Origin: Chloroflexota bacterium
GTDB lineage: Bacteria > Chloroflexota > Limnocylindria > P2-11E
Direction: 5' to 3'
Length of the DNA: 64,000 nt
Assembly: GCA_005889075.1 (NCBI GenBank)
Contig: VBDQ01000018.1
Span: forward strand, 44,893 to 108,892
Part shown: piece by piece, positions 27,547-36,890 of the stretch
How the letters are laid out: the number at the start of each line of letters is the position of its first letter
How positions within the stretch are numbered: the first letter of the stretch is position 1
Notes under the pieces: generated by a model
The model's input: only the letters and a program-made list of their open reading frames with translations
What the model was told of the DNA's origin: nothing
Database searches by the model: none
Program-made: the position numbers and the translations under genes

Positions 27547-28323
27547 TCAGCGCAGGCCCTCCGCGGCCAGCATCCGCACGAGCGCGCCGGGATCGTTGGC
27601 CGACAGCGAATCGACCCCGAAGTCGACGAGCCGCAGGACAGTCTCGCGGTCGAGCGGCTCGGGGACGCCGAACGCGTGGACGACCAGACCTTCGCCGTGC
27701 GCGGCGCGACACAGCGCGCGCGAGATCCAAAGCCAGCGGAGATGGATCGCGACGATCCCCGGGACGGTCCGGGCGACGGCGAGCGGGTCGACGAGATTGG
27801 GGCCGTTGTAAGAGAGTGCGGTGCGCGCCGCGGGCAACAGCATCCGTACCTGCGCGATCGTTGGGTGATCCGAGGAGTGAAGGATCACGCGGCCGACAAG
27901 ACCGGAGCGTTCAAGCTCCTCGACCGCCGCGGCGGCGAGGCCGTCATCCGATGGCTTTCCCTCGCCGGGCCAGGGCTGCTTGAGCTCGATCGACAGGCCC
28001 ACCGAGGCGCGCTTCGCCCACGCGCAGACCCCCCCGAGCGAAGGGACGCGCTCCCCGGAGAACTCCGGCGCGAAGGCGGTCCCGGCGTCGACCGAGCTGA
28101 CCTCCGCCCAGGTCCGCTCGCGCAGAAGACCGCGCCCGCTCGTGGTCCGATCGAGGGTTTCGTCATGCATCAAAACCGGCACGCCGTCGCCGGTTCGCTG
28201 GATGTCCAGCTCGACCTCGTCCGCTCCGTCGCGCGCGCCACGTTCCAGACTCGCGAGCGTGTTCTCCGGCGCGAGCGCGGCAGCGCCGCGATGACCGACC
28301 ACCCGGATCCGACGGTCGCCCAC
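27547..28323 (-). CDS. Glycerophosphodiester phosphodiesterase (GDPD/UgpQ family)
   Basis: VVGHRGAAALAPENT...ELDIQRTGDGVPVLMHDETLDRTT is the GDPD catalytic signature. GTG start. Confidence 0.85.
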   Translation of the reverse strand: MGDRRIRVVGHRGAAALAPENTLASLERGARDGADEVELDIQRTGDGVPVLMHDETLDRTTSGRGLLRERTWAEVSSVDAGTAFAPEFSGERVPSLGGVCAWAKRASVGLSIELKQPWPGEGKPSDDGLAAAAVEELERSGLVGRVILHSSDHPTIAQVRMLLPAARTALSYNGPNLVDPLAVARTVPGIVAIHLRWLWISRALCRAAHGEGLVVHAFGVPEPLDRETVLRLVDFGVDSLSANDPGALVRMLAAEGLR

Positions 28324-28349
28324 CGCTCGGAGCGTATCGTTCCGTCCCC

Positions 28350-29021
28350 GTGGACGCCGCCGCCATCACGCGTGTGCTCGCGGGAGTTCCGCTTTTCGTC
28401 GCACTGACGGATGCCGAACGCGCGGAGGTCGGCGCCCACATGCGCTCGCGGCGGTTCGCGCGCGACGAGGTCATCTTCCATCGCGACGACCCGGCGGGCC
28501 ACCTCTACGTGATCGTTTCCGGATCGGTGAAGGTCGCGATGCCGGACGAGCAGGGCCACGAGGTCGTCTTTGCCGTCGAGCAAGAAGGCGCGGTGTTCGG
28601 CGAGCTCGCGCTTTTCGACGATGCTCCGCGATCGGCCACCGTGACTGCCCTCGGCGAGACGCACGTCGTGACCCTTTCGCGCGACGACTTTCTTCACGTG
28701 ATCGAGCGGAACCCTCGCGCGATGCGCGAGATCCTGCGTCTGCTTGCTCGCACCGTCCGTCGCGCCTCCGGTCGCATCGAGGACCTCGTCTTCCTCGACG
28801 TGCCAGGTCGCGTCGCGAAATGCTTGCTCGACCTCGCCGCGGCACATCCGCAGCCGGAGATCGAGCTGACACAAGACGACCTCGCCGCGTTCGTCGGTGC
28901 GACGCGTGTCTCCGTGAACCGATCGCTCGCGGACCTCGAGGCGCAGGGCGCGATCGCGGTCGGTCGTCGGCACATCGCGATAAAGGATCAGGCGATGCTC
29001 AAGCGGCAGGTCCGGCATTAA
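28350..29021 (+). CDS. Crp/Fnr-family transcriptional regulator (cNMP-binding domain plus HTH)
   Basis: cNMP-binding beta-roll (GHLYVIVSGSVKV...FGELAL) and a C-terminal HTH (TQDDLAAFVGATRVSVNRSL). Confidence 0.85.
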   Translation: MDAAAITRVLAGVPLFVALTDAERAEVGAHMRSRRFARDEVIFHRDDPAGHLYVIVSGSVKVAMPDEQGHEVVFAVEQEGAVFGELALFDDAPRSATVTALGETHVVTLSRDDFLHVIERNPRAMREILRLLARTVRRASGRIEDLVFLDVPGRVAKCLLDLAAAHPQPEIELTQDDLAAFVGATRVSVNRSLADLEAQGAIAVGRRHIAIKDQAMLKRQVRH

Positions 29022-29042
29022 CGCGCCCTAGACTCAGCGCCC

Positions 29043-29720
29043 GTGCGGCTCGACGAGCTCCGGCAGATGGCGCGCACGCTCGGCGACGTGCTTCCGCTCG
29101 AGATCCTTCCCGAAGTCGACCGGCACGAGCTCGCGACGCACATGAGCGTTCGGAAATTCAAGCAGGGGGAGGTCATCTACCACCAGGGCGATCCTGCGAC
29201 GTGCGCGTTCGTCGTCTTCGAGGGTCTGGTGAAGATCCTCCTTCTCGACGAGAACGGGCACGAGCTCCTGGTCTCTCTCCACATGCGCGGGGAATTCTTT
29301 GGCGAGCTCGCGTTCTTCCAGGAGAGCGCTCCACGCGATGGGACCGCCGCGGCGGTCATCCCGACGGCCGTCCTGCAGATCGCCCGTGACGGCGCGCTCG
29401 CGGTGTTGCGCCGCAACGAGGAGGCGCGGCGGTTCATGTTCGAGCGTCTCTCGCGGACGATCCGGCACCTCGAGGGGAAGGCGGAGGACCTCGCGTTCCT
29501 CGACGTCGCCGGCCGACTCGCGAAGTATCTGATCGAATGCGCGCGTCTCGGACGACCGGTGCCGCTGACGCAGGACGATCTCGCGGCCGCCGTCGGATCG
29601 ACGCGCATGACGGTCAACAAGCTCCTCGCCGACTTCGAGCGACGCGACCTCATCGCGGTCGAACGGCGGAACGTGAAGGTTCTCGATGAGTCGCGGCTGT
29701 TAAAAGAGATCCGCGCCTAG
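29043..29720 (+). CDS. Crp/Fnr-family transcriptional regulator, tandem paralog
   Basis: Same architecture (FVVFEGLVKILL...FGELAFF; TQDDLAAAVGSTRMTVNKLL). It lies 21 nt downstream of the first copy. Confidence 0.85.
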   Translation: MRLDELRQMARTLGDVLPLEILPEVDRHELATHMSVRKFKQGEVIYHQGDPATCAFVVFEGLVKILLLDENGHELLVSLHMRGEFFGELAFFQESAPRDGTAAAVIPTAVLQIARDGALAVLRRNEEARRFMFERLSRTIRHLEGKAEDLAFLDVAGRLAKYLIECARLGRPVPLTQDDLAAAVGSTRMTVNKLLADFERRDLIAVERRNVKVLDESRLLKEIRA

Positions 29721-30367
29721 AACAGGTTCGTCAGCCAGCGGAGGGGTTTCGGACCCGCGGGCTCGATCCACGCCGGTGCCAGCGCCGCGAGGTCATCGTG
29801 AATAGCTCTCGCGAGCGCGACCGTCGCGTCCTTGGTCGCGTGCGTTTCGCTGACCGCGCGGGCGCGGCCAACAACGAGGCGAAGCTCACGCCGGAGATAG
29901 AGCTCGGCCGTTCCCGCGATCCAGATCGGAAGGACCGGCGCACCGGACCGCAGCGCGAGGTAACCCACGCCGCGGGCAAACGGCGCGAGCGAGGCCTCGG
30001 CACGCGAGACCTGACCCTCGGCGAAGATCACGACGATCTCGTCCCGGCGCAGCGCGTCGATCGTCGCCGCGAGTGCGACGCGATCCGCGCCCGCTGCCTT
30101 CCGGTCGATCGGGATGACGAGCCCGACAGAGTTGACGAGGACGCGGTGCCACCAGACGCCGAGTGTTCCGTCCCGGTCCGCGATCAGCCGGACCGGCGCG
30201 TGAAGGGAGAACGCCGCCGCGAGCAAGAAGCCGTCTGCCCAGCCCTGATGGTTCGCGACGACGAGGAGCGGGCCGCTCCTGGGCAGCTGGCCGTCGATCC
30301 GCACCCTGAAAAGCGCGCGGAAGATCGCGCGCACGAGGAGCCGCGAGAGTCGCGACCAGAGCACCAT
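29717..30367 (-). CDS. 1-acyl-sn-glycerol-3-phosphate acyltransferase (PlsC/LPLAT family)
   Basis: VANHQGWADG (NHxxxxD acyltransferase motif) and FAEGQVSR (EGTR-like motif). Confidence 0.8.
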   Translation of the reverse strand: MVLWSRLSRLLVRAIFRALFRVRIDGQLPRSGPLLVVANHQGWADGFLLAAAFSLHAPVRLIADRDGTLGVWWHRVLVNSVGLVIPIDRKAAGADRVALAATIDALRRDEIVVIFAEGQVSRAEASLAPFARGVGYLALRSGAPVLPIWIAGTAELYLRRELRLVVGRARAVSETHATKDATVALARAIHDDLAALAPAWIEPAGPKPLRWLTNLF

Positions 30368-30446
30368 CGGCGAGAAGCCTCGCGGTCGGCGGACGAGCCG
30401 CGCATCCGCCGAGGCACGCCGCGATCGTGACCTGCGCTACGTTCGG

Positions 30447-31334
30447 CTAAGGAACCGATTTCGGCAGGCTCTGGCGGTGTCGCCAGAGGTCGGCCCAGGG
30501 ATTGGCTTGGGCGATGCGCTTATCGAAGGTGCGCATCGTGAAGCGCGCCGGATCGAGCCGCGTGGTGACCTCGTCCCAGGCAAGCGGCGTCGACACCGGC
30601 GCGGCTGGGCGCCGGCGCACGCTGTACGGCGCGACGATCGTCTGGGTGTAGCCGTTGCGGAACGAGTCCGCGAAGACGCGGCCGCCGCGTTTCGCCTTCG
30701 CGTGCTCCATCGTGACGAGCTTCGGCTCACGTTGCGCGAGCTCCTGGCCAACCGCCGACGCGAACGAGACCGCCGCGCCTGGGGTCACGCCCGCGCGCAG
30801 AGGGACGAACACGTGCAACCCGCGACTGCCGGACGTCTTCGGGTAAGAGGCGAGCTTCGTTTCATCGAGCAGGCGACGGAGCGCGAGGCCGGCGCGCGCT
30901 GCGTCGGCGAATCCGCCGCTTTCGGGGTCCATGTCGAACGCAAGCCAATCGCAGTCGCCCATATCTGCGGCACGTGTGCTCATGACGTGCAGCGCGATGC
31001 ACCCCAGGTTCACCATCGCCGCGAGTGTCGATCGCGACCCGCCGACGAGGTAGTGCACGTCCTTGCGTGTGCTCGCCGCACGAAGCACGAGACGCGGCGC
31101 GTCGACTGGCTGTGCGTTCGCGGGAAAGTCCTTCTGGTAGAAGCAGCCACCGCCCATCCCGTCCGGGCATCGCTCCGCCGTGAGCGGGCGATCGCGCAGC
31201 CACGGCGCGACGTGCGACCAGATCCCGTCGTAGAAGCGGGCGACGTCGGACTTCGTGATGCCCTCGTCGGGCCACCACACTTTGTCCGGATTGCTGATCG
31301 TCACGCCGGCGACACGGACGGCGTCAGCGCTCAC
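30447..31334 (-). CDS. Stand-alone NHEJ polymerase/primase (LigD Pol domain, PrimPol-like)
   Basis: Full-length match to the LigD polymerase domain (VRVAGVTISNPDKVWWP...HVFVPL...). Confidence 0.85.
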   Translation of the reverse strand: MSADAVRVAGVTISNPDKVWWPDEGITKSDVARFYDGIWSHVAPWLRDRPLTAERCPDGMGGGCFYQKDFPANAQPVDAPRLVLRAASTRKDVHYLVGGSRSTLAAMVNLGCIALHVMSTRAADMGDCDWLAFDMDPESGGFADAARAGLALRRLLDETKLASYPKTSGSRGLHVFVPLRAGVTPGAAVSFASAVGQELAQREPKLVTMEHAKAKRGGRVFADSFRNGYTQTIVAPYSVRRRPAAPVSTPLAWDEVTTRLDPARFTMRTFDKRIAQANPWADLWRHRQSLPKSVP

Positions 31335-32277
31335 GGCTGCTCCAGGTGCATTCGGAGGGGTCTTTGTCGGTGCGCAGGCCGAGGAATGCCGGCTGTCGCA
31401 GCTTGTCGTCCGCCGTCCATTCCGCGTACGCCAGCTGTGCGACGAGCTTCGGTCGGACCCACGTCGCGCCGGCGATGCGCGGCGCTGGATCGAACGGTGC
31501 GCGGTCGGTGCGCACCCGTTCGAGCTTTGCCGCGAGTGCGCCGAGGGTGTCGCGAGTGAAACCCGTGCCTACCTTGCCGACGAACCGGAGCGTCCGGCCA
31601 CGATAGAGCCCGACAAGAAGCGCACCGAGGTGCTCGCGGCCGCCCTTCGGCGGGGTGAATCCGCCGATCACAAATTCGGATTCCTTGCGCACCTTGACCT
31701 TGCGCCACGCGGTCGAGCGGGCGTTCGGCTCGTAGGGCGAGCGCTCGTCTTTGGCGATGATGCCCTCCCAGCCCGCGCGCTTGGCCTCGCGATAGGCAGC
31801 CTTGCCGTCCCTGACGAGCCGCCGCGAGAGGAAGAGCGGCCCCGACGCGTGCGGGACGAGTCGCTCGAGCTCGGTGCGTCGCTCCGCGAGCGCCCGCGAC
31901 GCAATCGAGCGTCCCTCGAGCACGAGGAGGTCGAACACGGCGTAGCGCGTTGGGCTCGCGCCCGCGGTGCCGCGTCGCTGCAGCAGCTGGAAACGCGAGA
32001 CGCCGTTCTCATCGAGCGCCACCAGCTCGCCGTCGAGCATGAGATCTCCATCGGGTAATGCCGCCACCGCGGCGGCGACATGCGGAAATCCAGCGGTGAG
32101 GTCCTGGAGCATGCGCGACCAGAGGCCGACCGGGCGGCCCTGCTTCCGCACCGCGAGTGCGCGGATGCCGTCGTACTTCTCTTCGAAGACCCATTCGGGG
32201 CCCTCGACGATGTCGGCGGAGAGCGTCGCAAGCATCGGCCGCGGGGGCACGGGGCTGGCGGTGCGAAGCGCGCTCAC
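31324..32277 (-). CDS. ATP-dependent DNA ligase (LigD ligase-domain type)
   Basis: EEKYDGIRA adenylation motif I (KxDG), the EGIIAKD region and a C-terminal OB domain. Overlaps the downstream Pol gene by 11 nt. Confidence 0.9.
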   Translation of the reverse strand: MSALRTASPVPPRPMLATLSADIVEGPEWVFEEKYDGIRALAVRKQGRPVGLWSRMLQDLTAGFPHVAAAVAALPDGDLMLDGELVALDENGVSRFQLLQRRGTAGASPTRYAVFDLLVLEGRSIASRALAERRTELERLVPHASGPLFLSRRLVRDGKAAYREAKRAGWEGIIAKDERSPYEPNARSTAWRKVKVRKESEFVIGGFTPPKGGREHLGALLVGLYRGRTLRFVGKVGTGFTRDTLGALAAKLERVRTDRAPFDPAPRIAGATWVRPKLVAQLAYAEWTADDKLRQPAFLGLRTDKDPSECTWSSRER

Positions 32278-32900
32278 GCGGTGCGGGCGCTGATCGGATC
32301 GCCGGTCGCCGCACGCGAGACGTCTCCGCCCTCGTCCCGCGCGATGCCCGCGAGGAGCCGGCGCGTGAGTGCGGAGCGCGGTTTTGTCGAGGTGACGTCA
32401 GTCGTCGAGGCGCTTCGGTCCTTGCGCTTCATGAGGAGCCATTTCCGTTCGCCCGTCCGCACGAGCGTCCACCCGCCCTTGAGCTTGTGCCCGTGGAGTG
32501 TGAACACGATCCGCCCGCGCCGCATGGCGCTGTCGAACGATCCGGCGTCCTCCAGCTCGTAGGTGCCGATGTCCCACACCATCACCGTGCCTCCGCCGTA
32601 CTCCCCGGCGGGGATCACTCCTTCGAATCGGGCGTAGTCGAGCGGATGGTCCTCGACGGCCATGGCGAGCCGCTTGTCTTTCGGATCGAGAGAAGGACCC
32701 TTCGGCACGGCCCACGAGACCAGCACGCCCCCAGCCTCAAGCCGGAAGTCGTAGTGCAGCGCGGTCGCGCGGTGCTTTTGGACGACGAAGAGTCGCGCCC
32801 GCTCCCTCGACCGCCCGCCCTGAGGCTCGGGCGTCGCGGCGAAATCGCGTTTGCGACGGTAATCGCGAAGCGAGCGCCCGCGCTCCTTAGTCGCCGCGAT
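32274..32900 (-). CDS. Stand-alone LigD 3'-phosphoesterase (PE) domain protein
   Basis: LVSWAVPKGPSLDPKDKRLAMAVEDHPLDYARFEG PE core. The essential N-terminal part YRRKRDFAATPEP...FVVQKHRATALHYDFRLE lies in frame upstream of the first canonical start (GTG 32726). It runs up to the stop at 32904, with only an ATC as a possible initiator. The coordinates use the extended frame. Confidence 0.75.
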   Translation of the reverse strand: MAATKERGRSLRDYRRKRDFAATPEPQGGRSRERARLFVVQKHRATALHYDFRLEAGGVLVSWAVPKGPSLDPKDKRLAMAVEDHPLDYARFEGVIPAGEYGGGTVMVWDIGTYELEDAGSFDSAMRRGRIVFTLHGHKLKGGWTLVRTGERKWLLMKRKDRSASTTDVTSTKPRSALTRRLLAGIARDEGGDVSRAATGDPISARTA

Positions 32901-34032
32901 CCTTCATTCCCTTTGGCGCCTTGTTCTTGGCCGCGATGCGCTTGTCAGCCGCAACGCTGCGCCCCGCGCTCGTCTGATCGTTGCTGAACCGCCCGGCACC
33001 GTCGCGCCGGAGGTAGCGCGACCCACCTTTGCGGCCCGGTGTCGTGTCGATGCGCTCGCGCTTGCCCCCAGCCATCGTCGTGTCGCTCCTTTCGGCAGAT
33101 CCGCGACGCTTCGCTGCACGAACGACTCCAACACGGTCGGCGAGCGTTTGGTCGTCGAGACAGTTGAGGACACGCTCGCGCGAGATCCCGGCGAGGATCG
33201 CCGCCGCCAGGCCGAGCTCGAGGAAGACGAGCTCTCCAGTCGTGTGCGCATCGGTGCCGATCGACACCCAGGCCCCCGACGCCGCGACCGCCCGAAGGCG
33301 CTCGACGTCGAGGTCCTGCCGGTCGGGATATGCGTCGATCTCGAGCGCGGTGCCCGTCGCCGCGGCGGCGCGGGCGACGCGCTCCCAGTCCGCGGTGAGA
33401 CCGACCCGAAAGTTATAGACGCGACCGCGCGGATGTGCGAGGACCTGGATGTCGGAGTTGGCAAGCGCTTTGAGGTACCGATCGGTCTGATCGTCCTTTA
33501 GCCGGAGCTTGGAGTGGAAGGCACCTAGGACGAGATCGAGTCGCGCGAGTGCGCCCGGGTCCATGTCGCTCGCGCCTTCCGGAGTCAGGTCCATCTCGAT
33601 CGCGCGGAGCACCCGCGGTCCGTCGCCACGCGCGTTCAGCTCATCGATGCGGCGCCCCTGCGCGGCAAGGCGTGCTTCGTCCATGCCGTTCGTGATCCGC
33701 AGCGTCTTGCTGTGATCGGTGATCGCGATGCGCTGGCGGCCAAGTTCCGCGGCCGCGACCGCCATGCCCTCGAGCGGCGCCGAGCCGTCGGTCTCATCGC
33801 TGTGCATCTGATGGTCGGCACGCAGTGCGGCGGCCCACTCCGGATGCTGCGCGACGACCGCGCGCGCGTGCGCGTAGGTCAGGAAGCCGTCGCGAATCGG
33901 TGGCGGGGCGCCAACGTCGGGGAGTTCGGCGAACCAGCGCGAGATGAAGGTCGCGGTGAAGGGGCCGACCGCTCGCAGCTCGGTCAGGCTGCGGTCAGCG
34001 GTGACGAGGGCGCTCGCCTCCTCGGACCACAT
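32887..34032 (-). CDS. PHP-domain (PolX-type histidinol-phosphatase-like) phosphoesterase with a basic C-terminal tail
   Basis: IAITDHSKT...AFHSKL...LAHPRG...IGTDAHTTGE are PHP metal-binding His/Asp motifs. A ~60-aa Lys/Arg/Gly-rich tail (MAGGKRERIDTTPGRKGGSRYLRRDGAGRF...) overlaps the PE gene start region. Confidence 0.8.
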   Translation of the reverse strand: MWSEEASALVTADRSLTELRAVGPFTATFISRWFAELPDVGAPPPIRDGFLTYAHARAVVAQHPEWAAALRADHQMHSDETDGSAPLEGMAVAAAELGRQRIAITDHSKTLRITNGMDEARLAAQGRRIDELNARGDGPRVLRAIEMDLTPEGASDMDPGALARLDLVLGAFHSKLRLKDDQTDRYLKALANSDIQVLAHPRGRVYNFRVGLTADWERVARAAAATGTALEIDAYPDRQDLDVERLRAVAASGAWVSIGTDAHTTGELVFLELGLAAAILAGISRERVLNCLDDQTLADRVGVVRAAKRRGSAERSDTTMAGGKRERIDTTPGRKGGSRYLRRDGAGRFSNDQTSAGRSVAADKRIAAKNKAPKGMKDRGD

Positions 34033-34185
34033 GAGCGCCGCTCGGGAGGCCCGGCGGAGCGCGCGCTGCTTACGCCCTTCGCTGCGCTCGCTTTCGCGTG
34101 CGAGCAGCTCTGCGATATCTCGGTTGGTGAGCGTCTTCAGGGCCGGCGCGGCGCCTCGACCTTCACCACGGGCAGCACGCGATGG

Positions 34186-34614
34186 CTAGTCAGTCGCGAG
34201 CAGCGCCTCCCGCACGGGCGCCTGGTCCGGCCAATCGGGATCGTCAGAGAGCTTCACGCCGACATGAACGTCACCGCGCGAACCGCCGTCGATCTCGACC
34301 ATGAGCTTGCCGCTGGCTGATGAGCGCACGTGGACCAGCGCGCCCTCACGCGCGCGGTACGTGCCGGGACCGTCGATCCCGAGCGAGGTGTCGTAGAGAT
34401 ATTGGACCGGGACTCCGCCGGTCGGCACCCAGCGGTGCGACCCATCGACGCTCACCCCGTCGCAGTAGCCCACCGACCCGTGATGGATGACGAAGCCTCC
34501 GATTCCGTGGCGCGAGCCCATACGGAGGTGATCAGGATTGCGGCACTCGAAGTGGACGATGGCTGAAGACATCGCGCTCCTCCCCAAGTCGAGCGGATCG
34601 GCAATTTTCGTCAC
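34186..34614 (-). CDS. Hypothetical protein
   Basis: 142-aa ORF, non-repetitive (IVHFECRNPDHLRMGSRHGIGGFVIHHG...). No confident family. Confidence 0.45.
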   Translation of the reverse strand: MTKIADPLDLGRSAMSSAIVHFECRNPDHLRMGSRHGIGGFVIHHGSVGYCDGVSVDGSHRWVPTGGVPVQYLYDTSLGIDGPGTYRAREGALVHVRSSASGKLMVEIDGGSRGDVHVGVKLSDDPDWPDQAPVREALLATD

Positions 34615-34716
34615 GATCGGGTAACGACGTCAAGACCTTTCCGTAATAAGTCGAGCTCGCACGCGCGCCGGCTGGCCACGCGACCGAGCGATTCGCGGAC
34701 AACTCTGGCCCCAACT

Positions 34717-35787
34717 GTGCTTGCGGGCGTTTACGTGGGCAACGAGATCGCGAGCGATCCGGTCGTCGCGGCGGAAGCCGCCGGGCTTCAGTACGCAAGC
34801 GACCTCGAGCCGGGGATCCGTCGCGTCCGGCACGGCCGAGGCTTCTCGTATCTCGACCGCGCGGGCCGGCCGATGCGCGGTCGAGTTGCGCTTCGGCGCA
34901 TACGGCGGCTGGCGATCCCGCCGGCTTGGACCGACGTATGGATCTGCCCGAGCCCATCCGGCCACATCCAGGCGACGGGCCGAGACGACCGCGGCCGGAA
35001 GCAGTACCGCTATCACGAGCGGTGGCGCGAGGTGCGCGATGAAGCCAAGTACGAGCGCCTCGCGGACTTCGCGAAGGCGCTGCCGAGGATCCGCGCCCGC
35101 GTCGCCGCGGACCTCGCTCGGCCCGGCGTACCGCGGGAGAAGGTGCTCGCCACCGCGGTCCGGCTGCTCGAGGAGACCATGATCCGAGTCGGGAACGCCG
35201 AGTACGCCAAAGCGAACGGGTCGTTCGGTCTTACCACACTCAGAGCACGACATGTCGACGTTCGCGGGACGCGGCTCGTGTTCCGGTTCCGCGGAAAGAG
35301 CGGGAAGGAGCACGAGGTCGACGTGCGCGATGGGCGGTTGGCTCGCGTCGTTGCTCGCCTCGAACAGCTACCTGGCCAGCAGCTCTTCCGTTATGTCGAC
35401 GCAGAAGGTGCGGTGCGGCCGGTGGCCTCCGAGGACGTCAACGACTATTTGCGGACGATCTCCGGCGAGGAGCTCACCGCAAAGGACTTTCGGACGTGGG
35501 CCGGGACGGTCCTCGCGGCGCGTTCGCTCGCCGGCATGCGGCCAGCGCGCAACGAACGCCTCGCCAAACAGCGTGTGATCGAGGCCATCGACGTCGTCGC
35601 GAAGCGACTTGGAAATACGCGCGCGGTCTGCCGCCGGTGCTACGTGCATCCTGCCGTCATCGAGGCCTTTATGGAAGGTGAGATGCCGGCCGCGCTCGCG
35701 CGAGCCGATCGTGTCAAACGGGACGGAGGCCTCTCCAGTCACGAAGCCGCTGTCGCCCGACTTCTCTCGAGAGCGGCGCGCGGCTAG
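34717..35787 (+). CDS. Bacterial type IB DNA topoisomerase (poxvirus-like TopIB)
   Basis: LQYASDLEPGIRRVRHGRGFSY N-terminus, catalytic R-K-R-H residues region and active-site Tyr in AVCRRCYVHPAVIEAF. The closest characterised homolog class is Deinococcus TopIB. Confidence 0.85.
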   Translation: MLAGVYVGNEIASDPVVAAEAAGLQYASDLEPGIRRVRHGRGFSYLDRAGRPMRGRVALRRIRRLAIPPAWTDVWICPSPSGHIQATGRDDRGRKQYRYHERWREVRDEAKYERLADFAKALPRIRARVAADLARPGVPREKVLATAVRLLEETMIRVGNAEYAKANGSFGLTTLRARHVDVRGTRLVFRFRGKSGKEHEVDVRDGRLARVVARLEQLPGQQLFRYVDAEGAVRPVASEDVNDYLRTISGEELTAKDFRTWAGTVLAARSLAGMRPARNERLAKQRVIEAIDVVAKRLGNTRAVCRRCYVHPAVIEAFMEGEMPAALARADRVKRDGGLSSHEAAVARLLSRAARG

Positions 35788-35806
35788 GCACGCCGCGCCG
35801 CGTGAG

Positions 35807-36094
35807 CTAAGCGATCAAAGCGGGGAACAGATCTGCCGGCGGACGATCGGTGCGCGCCAGCAGATCGTGGGTGTCGAGGACATCGTCGACGGTGATCGGC
35901 TCCGCGGTGATCGTGTTGGTGCCGAAATCGAGGATCGCGATGCCGTCCTGACCGCACGAACGGCAGCGCAGGCGGACGATCAGACGCGCAGGTTCGGTCA
36001 CGACCGCGGCGATATCGCCCCCGCGGTAATACTCGCCGCAGCCGCTGCACGTGACCTGCTCGAGATGGCGGATGAGCTGATCGATCCAGCTCAT
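35807..36094 (-). CDS. Small zinc-ribbon protein (95 aa, CxxC...CxxC)
   Basis: C-terminal segment of the otherwise spurious ORF 35807..37171. The ATG at 36092-36094 gives MSWIDQLIRHLEQVTCSGCGEYY...LRCRSCGQDG, convergent with TopIB. Confidence 0.55.
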   Translation of the reverse strand: MSWIDQLIRHLEQVTCSGCGEYYRGGDIAAVVTEPARLIVRLRCRSCGQDGIAILDFGTNTITAEPITVDDVLDTHDLLARTDRPPADLFPALIA

Positions 36095-36325
36095 GAGGCG
36101 GTTCCCTGTCGCTTGACCTTGTTGGCCTGTTTCGCGAGCGCACGCCGCGTCCGTTTCGGAAGATGCGTGATGGTCCGTCGCCGCTTCGCGGCGGACGCGG
36201 CCTTGCGCACGTTCCGCCGTGCGGCGCGGCGCTGCTTTTCGCTGCTCACGCACGAGCACCACGCACTTTGTGTGCCTCGCCGATGGCGTCGTTAATGCTC
36301 GGCAAACGGACGCTGTAACGGAGGT

Positions 36326-36886
36326 GTGTCGATGACATCGTTCGCATTGCTCCTGCTCCGCGCCGTCACCGGTGGCTTTCTCGCCGGTCACGGTGCGCAG
36401 AAGCTCTTTGGTGCGTTCGGTGGCCGCGGTCCCGAGGGGACGGCGCGCAACTTCGAGAAGATCGGCATCGAGCCCGCCCGCAAATGGGCCGTGATCGCCG
36501 GGGCGACGGAGCTCACCGGCGGGGCGCTCACCGCGCTCGGTCTTCTGAGTCCGGCGGGTCCGGTCGTGTCGATCGCGCCGATGATCGTCGCCTGGCGAAA
36601 GCAGCACGGCGACAAGCCGATCTGGGTGAACCAAGGCGGGGCCGAGCTCCCGGCGACGAACATCGCGATCGCGAGCGCGCTCGCCCTTGCGGGGCCAGGC
36701 GCGCTCTCGTTCGACCGCCTGTTCGGCGTGAGGATGCCCTGGTGGCTTTCGTGCCTCGTGATCGCCGCCACTGCCCTCGGAGTCGTGATCGCACTCGAGG
36801 ACGACATCCGCGAGACCGCGGACGAGATCCGCCACGAGGAAGCGCTGCGGTCCGCCGAGGCTCTCGAGCGGGTCCCGACCGCGTAA
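36326..36886 (+). CDS. DoxX-family membrane protein
   Basis: LLLRAVTGGFLAGHGAQKLFG...GGALTALGLL is the DoxX signature, with 4 TM helices. Confidence 0.8.
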   Translation: MSMTSFALLLLRAVTGGFLAGHGAQKLFGAFGGRGPEGTARNFEKIGIEPARKWAVIAGATELTGGALTALGLLSPAGPVVSIAPMIVAWRKQHGDKPIWVNQGGAELPATNIAIASALALAGPGALSFDRLFGVRMPWWLSCLVIAATALGVVIALEDDIRETADEIRHEEALRSAEALERVPTA

Positions 36887-36890
36887 TCGC

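Noticed and set aside
32887-33075. Basic tail of the PHP protein as a separate KGG-repeat stress-protein gene
   Set aside because: It is in frame with and contiguous to the PHP domain, with no stop between them. The similarity to KGG/YciG repeats is weak, so it is kept as part of the PHP protein.
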